Shown piece after piece: positions 34,983-45,482 of a DNA stretch of 64,000 nucleotides. The notes below the pieces were generated by a model that saw only the letters and a program-made list of their open reading frames with translations, ran no database searches and had not been told where the DNA came from. This DNA comes from Basidiobolus meristosporus CBS 931.73. Its lineage: Eukaryota > Fungi > Basidiobolomycota. The DNA is taken from contig MCFE01000106.1 of NCBI GenBank assembly GCA_002104905.1, positions 62,001 through 126,000 on the forward strand, given 5' to 3'. The position numbers and the translations under genes are program-made. Each line of letters begins with the position of its first letter. Positions within the stretch are counted from its first letter, which is position 1.

Positions 34983-36773
34983 AAGCTGCCAAAAAATAAA
35001 GCAAAGTTGTCTGGTTCTCAACCAAACCCCACTGCTAATGGCAACAGAAGAACAGTTGGACAACAGCTTGCTTTGACATTCAGTACAACCAGTGGGGCTA
35101 CATCCAAAAAAGGCCCTGTGGGCAGTGTGCCCATTGAAGGTAGTAATGTGGACTCCTCAGGCTCTCAGTCAAGTAGGCAATTGAAAACCTCTCTGGAGCC
35201 ACAAGCTGACTGTTATGCTCAGGCAGATGAGATTGTAGCAAACACAGTACCCTCAGTTGAAGATCAGCAAGTGGCCATGATAACATCACCACCATCTGTA
35301 TTGGCAAGTGTGCTGTCAGCTCATATCAAAGCAATAATGAAGCAATTAGATGCAGTGACTGGTAGTATAGAATCAATGGCCCAGAGAAATCAGGAAATAG
35401 TCCAGAAACAGGATGAGCAGATAATACGTGTATAGCAATCAATTTCCCAGGTCAAGAAAGCAGTATCTTTGCTGCAAAGAAGGAACTCAAGTAGCTCAAT
35501 GTCACAACCAAGAATTGAGCCATTTCCCAAAGTAACAGCAGAGGAACACTGTGCAGTCTTTGAAGCACAACAACAATACCCAAAGATAAAGCCCACAGAA
35601 AAACCTATCACACCATGGGAGTGAAACAATATGGTGTTTATACCAAAGCCTAAAAATCAAAAGACATAGAAGATCCGTGAAGCCATTGAGTGCAATAATG
35701 AAGAGTGGGCCAATATACAAGAGGCTGTCAGAAGTCTAGCACGCCATCACCTTAAGGCTGGCATACCATGGGACCATCAGGAACTCAAGGCCAAGCAGAA
35801 TGCACTTGAGTTGTTCCTTGAGCATTATCCTGGACTCAAATGGCAAATGGATTTTGGACCAGCATTGGTATGCTAAGAAAGTATCTTAAGAATAGCAGAA
35901 GCTATCAAAGGCAGAAGAACAAGGGTGCCATGGCTAAAAACCAGCATCTTCCTCAAGAGCCTGTTACAAGCAGGGCCAAAAGCTGCAGACAAGCATCAAA
36001 GAGACATCAGGTAGCTGGAAGAGTGCCAATTAGGGACAAGCAGGCAGACACAGATGCACCAGCACAACATTTGTCAAGGAAATAGCGTAGTACCACTCAA
36101 AAAGCACCTAGTCAAAGTGGCAGCGAAGGACCTGGCAGTGATAAAAACCGGCTGCTTGTACAGGAGCCCATCACAACTACAGCTGAGAGCTCAAATCAAA
36201 CGGAAAGAAACGTCAGGTTTCCAGAAGAGGGCCAGCCAGGGACAAGCAGGCCAAAACAGATGCATTGGAGCAGAATTTACAAGAAGCACTTGGACAAAGT
36301 AGCAGTGAAAGACCTGGCAGTGATAAAGGCAATGGTAAAGGGAAAAATGTCTACCCAAGCCTGAGACAGGGAGGCATGCAAAAAAACTGCAGTTCTTGCC
36401 AATTAATACTACAAGCCAGGAACAGACTCAGTTCCATCACAGCCAAGAAGAATTACCAACAAGAAAACAGCTGCTGTCACAAGAGTTGGAAGCACAGCCA
36501 GTTGAGCTACACTCCAGCAAGGTAGATGAGTTTACTGAAAAAGGCAATTTGTCTACCACAGCCTCCACAGCCTCCACATCCTCCATTGTTGACAGAGTGG
36601 AGATCCCACTGACAGACAAGGCTTCAACATCAAGAGCTCAAAAGACTATCACAATGCCTTCAGTGGAGTTTTGGAACATTAGTAGGTACACCAAGAGGTT
36701 GCAGCACTTCTTCAAGAGCAGTGCTCAAGAAAACTCACTGGATTATTGCAAAGACTGGCAAATGAGGAGCTAG
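34983..36773 (+). pseudogene. CACTA-associated ORF2, copy B (longest copy)
   Basis: The start codon is mutated (AAG for ATG). It carries a coiled coil, the domain EAIECNNEEWANIQEAVRSLARHHLKAGIPWDHQ...NGFWTSIGMLRKYLKNSRSY, and a 69-aa duplication. Confidence 0.72.
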
Positions 36774-36850
36774 ACCTTGCAGTGCCAGCTGAAGACCAGG
36801 ATGTGTGGGAACCAGTGAATGAACAGTGGCATAAAGCTGTTGGGTTCCTG

Positions 36851-37862
36851 CCAAAGTTGTGGAACCAGAGCATTACAGCAGAAATACTTATTGAGTTGTG
36901 TATTTTAATGGAGTTACTTGTTAAGTGTGGGGTTAGGCTTAATGTTAGTGTAGGGTATAGAGACTTGTACAGGTCAATACAATTGGCAATTGAGGTACAA
37001 CTGAAGTTTTAACGTAAATAAATCAATTTGTATGCATGAAAAGTAAGAGACATGGTTGAGTCAGGAAGCAAGGAGTGTGGAAAAGAGGCAATAGCCAATC
37101 AATTCACACAAATGTAGGAGGCAATAGAGTGTCTGGGATCAGAAAGTGAGTGAATTGGCAGGGAACCAATCAAAAGCCACTTATACATTGTTGTGATGAA
37201 AAATTTTGCCAAAGTTTTTGTGAAATCTGGGGTGCAATTATTTTTCAATGGTCTCTGGGCAGTGTCCCAACAGGATCAGTACCTCTTAGTCATGGGACTT
37301 TAACTTTGTGACAGCCATTTGATGGGATCCTCTCAATAATTTTTCATAGGGCATCTTCCCTCCAAAGTTGTGGAACCAGAGTGTTACAGCAGAAATACTT
37401 ACTGAGTGGTGGATTTCAATGGAGTTCCTTGTTGAGTGTGGGGTTAGGCTTAATGTTAGTGTAGGGTATAGGGACTTGTATAGGTCAACACAATTGGCAA
37501 TTGAGGGACAACTGAAGCTTCAACAGAAATAAATCAATTTGTAAGCATGAAAAGTAAGGGAAATGGTTGAGTCAGGAAGCAAGGAGTGTGGAAAAGAGGC
37601 AATAGCCAATCAATTCACACAAATGTAGGAGGCAATAGAGTGTCTGGGATCAGAAAGTGAGCAAATTGGCAGGGAACCAAGCAAAAGCCACTTATATGTT
37701 GTTGTGATGAAAAATCTTGACTAACTTTTTGGAAAAATCTGAGGTGCAATGCTATTTAGCAGTTTTTGCATGGTGTCCTCATGACATACATACCCCTTAG
37801 TTATGAAATTTAAATTCTGTGATGGCCTTTTGTTGGGATCATCACAATTGTTTCTCATAGGG
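36851..37862. repeat. Tandem direct duplication with a 511-bp period (possibly LINE-derived)
   Basis: CCAAAGTTGTGGAACCAGAG starts at 36851 and again at 37362. The first 350 bp or so are highly similar and the remainder is much more diverged. Confidence 0.85.
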
Positions 37863-37879
37863 TAAAAGCATATTGCTAA

Positions 37880-38260
37880 CTCAATGCTCAATAGTTAACA
37901 CTGCAAAGAATGCCTAGAAGGTATTGCAAGATACCAACCAGTCATGTACAACTTCTAAGAGAATGTATCTTAACCAATAATCCTTTACTACAAATATGCT
38001 CCCAGAAGATAAAAATCTGTCTTACCAAATCACCCTTCTGGTTGAGGAAATGAAATCTGTGGGCAAACCTACTGATGAAGATGTGATGTTTACTTTCCTG
38101 CATAGCCTGCTTGGTAAGCTTCAAGGCCTTATATCAGCCCTAAACTCCAGATCCAAAGGCTTAACCTTAAATTACATTTATGGAAGGCTACTAGATGAGG
38201 AATTAAGAATAACCAGGCCCAACAGGTAAAAAGAAGATGCTTTAATATACAGCAATATCC
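37880..38260 (+). mobile_element. Ty1/copia gag fragment
   Basis: TAKNA.KVLQD and LISALNSRSKGLTLNYIYGRLLDEE; similar to the gag at 39544-39807. Confidence 0.65.
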
Positions 38261-38379
38261 ACAGAAGAAGGTATTCAATGCCCTTTAAAGGCTACACCAA
38301 CACTTCTTGCAGACACTAAGCATTCTGCTACAACTTCACTTTTTATGATATAAAGTTGAGACAACAGATTCCAAGCAAA

Positions 38380-40529
38380 AATCAGTGAGTATTTTTTGAT
38401 TATGGAACATTGATCTGTTTGCATGTGCTAACATGTCATTTTGCTGGGGGGGTATATGGTACATTAGTCTCTTGCTTTATATCAAGAATTTTGCCACAGG
38501 TGATGAAGAGATTTGGGGTACAATTTCCACCATTGTTAGAGCATATTTTATTGATTTCTTCACCAGTTTCTCTCTGCACCATGACTCTAAGCTCCCTGAG
38601 CTTGCACAAAGCTTCTTTTTTTCTCTCCAAGAAGAACACCAGTGTTTATCTTCCATAACATCAATAATATTCTTGAATGATTCATTCTTTCTAATAATAA
38701 ATTTTGCATGGTTACTTACTGATGTGAGTGAGTTCCATCTATTTTTTTCTTAGTTTTGACTAGCCCAGAGCTCTTGAGTGATTGTCTGCTTGTTTTGCAT
38801 AAATACATGCTTCACAGAGCTCCAAATTAGCTGGAGCATCAACTTTCACTCTGCCAATTAGCTGATTTTTAATTAGTTTACTCAAATAATCAAACTTGAA
38901 GTGTCCAAATCTCCTGAGTCAATGCATCTGTGTTTCTTCATCTGAGATACATATATTAGCTTACAGATATAATATGATATATTTCAACTTGTGCACATTC
39001 TGATTTCCAATACCAACAACCATCAGGGTGCCATCCTGATTGGTAAACATGCATCTACCACTGTCTAAGCTGAAATTAAGTCCTTCTGGTGTGGCCTTGC
39101 TTACAGGTAATAGGTTCTTAGCTATTTCTGGTGAATATATTACTTCTTTGAAGCAAAGTGTGTGGCATGCTTTATTATCTCTGAAAATCACTTGAACAGT
39201 TCTCTGTGCAGCTGCATCAGGTGTGCTGTTGAATTTCATGAAGCCTTCTTAGTAGGAATATTTTGATATTGGGTTAAATGCTCTTTTTTATGTGTGAAGT
39301 GTTGAGATGCTCCAAAGGCAGTATACTATGTCTGAAAATTGCTGTTTGTGGTCATACCAGGTGCAGATATGAATATCCTATCATCAGGCATTGCAGCATT
39401 TCTACAGTCATGATTTTTTTGCTCATCATACCTATTTTTGCAGAACTAGTCCGATGTGAATCCTTTCCTTTTGCAGTGGCTACAAGAAAGCTTGTTGTTA
39501 TCTCTAAAGAGTATTGGGTAGATTCTTTGATGGCTCTCACTACTTATGGTTGCATTTTCTTGCTCTTCTTTGTTGCACTTGATTTTCTTGATTCATTGTC
39601 CAGGAGCCTTCCAAATATGTAATGTAAAGTTAAATCATCAGTTCTGGACTCCAGGGCTGATACAAAGCCCTGAAACCTGTTGGTGAGGCTATTCAAGAAG
39701 GTAACTCTCACATCCGGATTTGTTGGTTGTACACTCACATATACTATTTCATCAACTAACAAGGCATTTGTGTTGATTGGATTTTTTATTTCTGCCCCTA
39801 GAAGCATCTTAGTAGGGGAGAATTCTTCTCTTAGGTAACTTTTTCTTAGCAGCTGAACATAGCAATGTGGTGTCTCCTAATTCCTTCCAGGCATTTTTAG
39901 CTGTTTTTGCACTTGAGCATTTAATTAGCAATTTGTCTTTGGCATTAAGTCAAATGCAATTACAGATACTGTGTTCTTCTGCTACTTCAAAGCTTGTTCT
40001 TCTACATCATTAGGAGGGTATTCTTCTAATACAAGAGCATCCCAAAGGCTTCTTTCCAGTAGCTGCATCTACATCATCACCTTCCAGACTTGGTAGTTAG
40101 ATCCATCTGACTTTGCTGTGGTAGGAAGATTCCTGTAATAGCGGTAGTAGACATTCCAAAGAGTGACAGGTTGAGCCATATAACCCATTGTAAGAATTTG
40201 GAGATGCTGGAAGTCACAGAGTGAACAAGAAGAATATGTGGTTTTACTTACTGATTTATTGAGTGTAAAGAAGTACTTATGCTTTTACATGATCTTGGCA
40301 AAGCAAGTACAAAAAATATGCTTGAGATGATTTCAAAAGCATGTGTGCAAAGCATAGGGCAGTTTGGAGTGCTATGAGATATCTTCTATTTTAGGTACCT
40401 TATTTTTTTAGTGATAATATTTTAGGTAAATGCCAATAAGGAAACTGGCCAGAATTCTCTAAGATTTGTGGGTAGTGATCCAGGTGCCTAAGTTATGTGA
40501 ATCTTTAGGTGCAATTAAAAACTTTTACA
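38380..40529 (-). mobile_element. Ty1/copia family 2, 5' half (candidate LTR 40189-40529, gag, protease, partial integrase), degenerate
   Basis: DGSNYQVWKVMM, LTLHYIFGRLL, GASQHFT, YSPEIAKNLL.VSK, CEACIYAKQ and ETGEEINKI.SNNGG...VPYTP. Candidate LTR termini are TGTAA...TTACA. Confidence 0.78.
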
Positions 40530-41040
40530 AGCATTGGCCATTATGTCAAAGTGCCTATTATTGTCTGCATTGGAGATACCCCAGCCATTGGCAAGGTAGC
40601 TGCCTCTTCCTAGTACTATGGATGGTATTGGTATAAATGTGTGAGATCCTGGGGATTTACTTCATAACTTATGCCCATTATGATTGTCCAAGCACCAATA
40701 GTAAAAACAACATCTTTCCACAAAGAAAATGCTCAGAAGTCAGTATTTAATTGCAGCAAAGCTTGCAAGCTATAATCCATTGGCCAGAATATACAATTAA
40801 TTAAATATTGGAGATACTTAAGACAGAGGGTATCTCTTGGAGCAAAAGCTTTCCACTGGCAGCAATGCATTTGCTCTTAACCATATCCCAAATACAGACA
40901 ACCAAGTTGTACATGAGGTATTTCAAGCTGAATGAGCCCTCTAAAATGCCAGAGTAATCTGAAAGTATTGTCAAGAAATTACGGAGTATTTGTTACCTAG
41001 AGTACAATTCACAAACTCAATTGAATATTCATAAGTATAT
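40530..41040 (+). mobile_element. CACTA tnp2 central fragment
   Basis: VCIGDTPAIGKVA and FKLNEP; homologous to the reverse complement of 1960-2400. Confidence 0.65.
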
Positions 41041-41817
41041 GAGATAATACAAATGCAAGGCCCAGTTATACTGGATATGTATCTATTTATGTAAGCCCGC
41101 TCTACCAAGGGACATTGATATATAATCATCCCAACTGGTCCACCTCACCATCCGAGATACTGTTGTTGGGCATCCCTGGAATTAGGGAGCGCAAAGAGGA
41201 CCTTGCTAGTCTCTGATCTTCAACCTGCTGAGCAGTGATTATGGTAGAACTTTGCCACGGGCCATCAGAGCACCATGCAACTGAGTACAATCGGTGTGCA
41301 GTTTAAGCTAAGGTTGGATGAAGGCAAGGATTACTATTCTCTGCCCGTCTGATGATGGTTACACCTTGGATTGGATTCCCCAGTGGCTTTGACAATGATG
41401 GGTGCATCATGCAGTGTAAGTGATCTCGCTTCCGTATTTGGGGAACGAAATCCCCCACCTAGCACAAGCCACATCTTCATCAGCACCAACATCCTACAGC
41501 CTGGGAATTTCCCCTTCTGACCAATCACCGGGAACCTTCTTGGTGCCTCGGTGGCGAAATGGGATCTTCCCGCGGATCTGAAACCTCCACACCACTTTCA
41601 ATTGGGTTACAAATATAGCAGGCACCACGACAATAGATGAATATTAAAATTAACTGAGGTTGTTATTTAGCGTAGAATAGATGGCATCGATCGCAAAGAT
41701 GATTGGGTACCGACAGACTTGACCAGATGTCATTAGAGATTTCTATGTCAGTAGTAGTGGTAGCGGAGTGGTGGAGGAAGTGGCTTTGCTTAGGTTAATG
41801 AAGGTGATGTATATATA

Positions 41818-41820
<3 letters not shown>

Positions 41821-41852
<32 letters not shown>
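41821..41852. repeat. (GT)16 microsatellite in the 3' flank of the serine dehydratase gene
   Basis: A direct read of 16 GT units. Confidence 0.97.
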
Positions 41853-41855
<3 letters not shown>

Positions 41856-41909
41856 AATGATGAGGATGTAAGCGGAAGTGTGCAAACATTCTGAATTGCT
41901 ACGGTAATT

Positions 41910-43824
41910 CTAACAAACGGGCACGTTAACTGCTAAACCACCCTGGCTGGTTTCCTTATATTTGCTCTGCATATCCAAGCCAGTTTGTCTCATACTCTCG
42001 ATAACTTGGTCAAGGGTGACACGGTGAAGACCATCACCGTTAAGTGCTAATTGAGCTGCGGTGACAGCTTTGACAGCCCCAAGAGCGTTGCGTTCAATAC
42101 AGGGGATTTGTACAAGGCCATCGATGGGATCACAGGTCAATCCCAGGTTATGCTCCATACCAATTTCAGCAGCGTTCTCGACTTGCTCGACTGTACCACC
42201 CATCACAGCAGCAAATCCAGCAGCAGACATAGAGCAGGCAACACCCACTTCGCCTTGGCAGCCTACCTCAGCAGCACTAATACTAGCTCCTCTCTTATAC
42301 AACATACCAATGGCGGCGGAGGTTAACAGAAACTCCATCACATCCCTCTCTGGATCATCAGAGATGAATTCTAAATAATATTTCAAGACAGCGGGGATGA
42401 CACCACTAGCACCATTGGTTGGGGCAGTAACCACACGACCACCGGCAGCATTCTCCTCATTGACAGCGATTGCGTAAACTGATAGATAATCCAATGCAGG
42501 CAGAGATAATCGCTTGGAGGTTCTACGGGGGAGATAAACTCGGCTCAATCCGGTTTCACTGGAGGGGATTTCGGAGTTGGTAGCAATGGTTTCCTCCTTG
42601 GGTGACCCTGGGGCAACAGAAGTAGAGTTATATCCAACGGAGTTATTGTTGTAGAGGCCACGAAGGAGCTTCTTGTAGAGGCTTGGGGCTCTTCTCTTGG
42701 CAGAGAGTCTGCCAGGGAGATACTCCTCATTGCTCAAACAGCCGTTTTTGATGGACAAATCCATGGTGTTCCAAATGGCGAAAAGCTGGGCTTTGATCTC
42801 CTCGGGTGATCTCCATTGAAGCTCGTTCTCGTAAACAACTTGAGCAACGGTCATATTTTGCTTGCGGCAGACTTCAAGTAAATCTTCAGCATTGGTGAAG
42901 GGCAAAGCTGCGATGACGAGATCCTGATTCTTGCGCTCATCATCACCAGGGACCAAGGAAGATGACTCCTTATCATCCTTGAAGTATACGTTTTGTCCAT
43001 GAGCAACATGGGTGGCCTCATTTACTACGAAGCCACCGCCAATGGAGAAGTATTCATTGGTAGCCAACATGTCACCGCTTTCATCGAACACGGTAAAACG
43101 CATTCCATTAGGATGTTGTGGTAGTGAATCGAAGTAATGGAACACAAGGTGTTTCGCAGGGTCAAAGGTGACATTATGAGTACCATTCAAGGTAATGGTC
43201 TTGTTGTCGTGCATTGCTTGAACTCTAGAACGAATTGTGCTAGTCTCAACAGATTCGGGAGATTCGCCCTCAATGCCTATCAATTACGAATTGGTATCGG
43301 TGCGTATTAATGAGATGACATTTGGAATGTACACTAACCCATAAGGGTGGCGTCGGGAGTGCCGTGGCCAACACCAGTAAGAGCCAAGGAACCGTACAAA
43401 TCAACACGAAGAGATTTAACCTACAAACGTAGAAATAAATCATGGTAAGATCGACAGTCGAAAGATACCGCGTACATAACAGACTAACCTTATCCAACAA
43501 CTTCAATCTTTCCAAGTCGGTGACGAAGATCTTTCCTGCACGCATAGGTCCAACAGTATGACTAGAGGAGGGCCCGACACCAATAGAGAACATATCAAAG
43601 GTCGACACTACAGCGTGGCGAGTGTCAGAGTTTTCTTGTGTGGATTGAGATTCTTTGACCGTGCCAACCTCGGTAGTGAATGATCGGGATTGGAAAATAT
43701 GAAGAGGCTTTGGTTTAACGAAGTTGTATGGAAGCGGCTGCAACCTCGCTCCCTTTAGCGTTGGTTTTGGCATAGAGGCCAAACGAAGCCCCGGTTTCAC
43801 AGTATTAAACATATATTTGAACAT
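41910..43824 (-). CDS. sdaA: Bacterial-type [4Fe-4S] L-serine dehydratase (fused SdaA-like) with a predicted mitochondrial presequence; 3 exons (43824-43489, 43420-43339, 43276-41910), about 594 aa
   Basis: [55 protein letters not shown], and the three cluster cysteines in [16 protein letters not shown] and QIPCIERN. Two GT-AG introns of 68 and 62 nt restore the frame. Confidence 0.95.
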
Positions 43825-44727
43825 TGTATTCTGAGTAAATTGATGAAGAATGAAGACTGAATCAAAGCCAGAGGGCTACCTCAACCACGAGCTGCTCAGC
43901 TCCTTTTATTCGGTCGAAAGAAAACTACAAACTACAAAACCGGTTCCGTGTGGTTTCACAAAATCCTATATTTGAGTATTGTGATGCATGCGAAGTGAAA
44001 CCTCAGATTGATGGGTTTTGTTCAAATCTTATTTATGTAGAACACAGCATGTATCTTCTGATTAATTCGACCAATATTTCTCATACTCTGCATCAGCCAA
44101 TAACTGGCCAGAAAAGGAGCATCTTTAATTGCTTCGCTCAATCTGAGACTATCATCCAGTGTCAATCAGATCTCTGTTGCTGTGAGATTTCCTATCTCAT
44201 GTACCTTTTTCCTATCGTCAGCCATGGCTCATCTGCCTATCAGCCTACCTCCCGCTGACAATGGATGGCGAGGAGTGCGCGCCTAAGCTTCCCGGGAATC
44301 AATGGTGATCCATCTCATCTCTAAGCGGAGGGTTTTCCAGGATTCACTAGTGCTCTTTGCAGTTCCACATATGGCGATATTGGCAGTTGGCCAAAAGTTG
44401 TGGGGCTTTGTCCGATTGTTTTATCTAGGATCTATCATAAGTTTAATCAAATCTATCACAGGAATGCATCCATAAATAGCTTTCCATAAGGGATTCTGTG
44501 GCATGACCCGAGAGTTTCCGCCACTCATCTACCTTGCACTTCATTTTTTTCCGACTGCAGCGCATGTGGCGTAGGAAACTTATTGGCTGCGAAAGATAGA
44601 TTGAATGATCACTAGATGTTGTTTTCATCGTACCACTTGAAAACAGTAGGTGGTGGATCTTGTTTTAATTCCCCAGGTTAATGATAGCTACCTATGGCAT
44701 CAGGGGGATCTTAATCCGCTGGGTTGA

Positions 44728-45278
44728 TTATCGTCGTCTAATCAAATAACGTGGTTGGGAGGGCATCATGTATAGGATAGGTCGAGATAATTCTGAGGCA
44801 AGCATTCTGGCAGCTGAGGCCCGCGGATGTTGGTGGATCCAGAGTGGTTTTGCACAGTAGAGTGAAAGCCGGCATTTATGGTAGGGGCTGATCATACCTG
44901 CCTAGCACTTGAAAACACTAGATAAACAGATCATGGGCGACAAGTGTGATTGCTACATTCGAACCCCATCAGGAATTCCGATGGTAATCTCCTCCGTTTT
45001 ACCGCCCTTCCTCGCACTTTCATGGCAACGGTTTCAACTTGGCATTTAGATTCATGGGTGATACATGCAGATAGAAATTCATCGAGATGAGAAGCAACAT
45101 CGATCAAAACTAGAAAGAATGCCATCTGTATGAAAGGAAGCTCAGGCTTTCCGCTGGGAGGAATTCCGCACATTACCTCTAGATAAGGGGCTTGTAGCAC
45201 TATGGGAGATCGCCTTCTTGTATTGTAGTAACCGTATTCGCCATTTCCCATCCGTTCAACTCGCAAATATCTCATCAA
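44728..45278 (-). CDS. Hypothetical protein, possibly an OB-fold single-stranded DNA-binding protein; probably 2 exons
   Basis: ORF 44931-45278 plus a second segment 44728-44895 in another frame. A candidate 59-nt intron (44956-44898) would join them. The fold assignment is from motif recall only. Confidence 0.35.
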
Positions 45279-45482
45279 TGCTTTATGACCACACTGATCG
45301 TGTGGGTTGACGAATTGATGAATAGCGCCACCACAGTGAACGAAATAGGGGCAACGGTGCTATGCTGAATACACCGAAATGATCCGAGTCCATCCAAAAT
45401 TGGAATAGCATGACTGGCTACGTTCGTCAGTCAACTCTGACGCCGCTGTTTCACTTGGCTCGGCGTTTGCCATGAAGCCTAT

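Noticed and set aside
1034-41040. CACTA terminal inverted repeats
   Set aside because: I could not identify a paired CACTA/G terminus with a TSD. The class call rests on transposase motifs only.
1-41050. Neurospora-type RIP (CpA to TpA)
   Set aside because: Some stops are CAA/CAG to TAA/TAG, but the gypsy LTR pair shows 5 transitions and 4 transversions and many ORF2 stops are transversions. Only CpG loss is clearly supported without computing RIP indices.
41910-43824. Bacterial contamination or very recent HGT of sdaA
   Set aside because: The gene has two canonical spliceosomal introns and a eukaryotic targeting extension, and its neighbours are eukaryotic genes.
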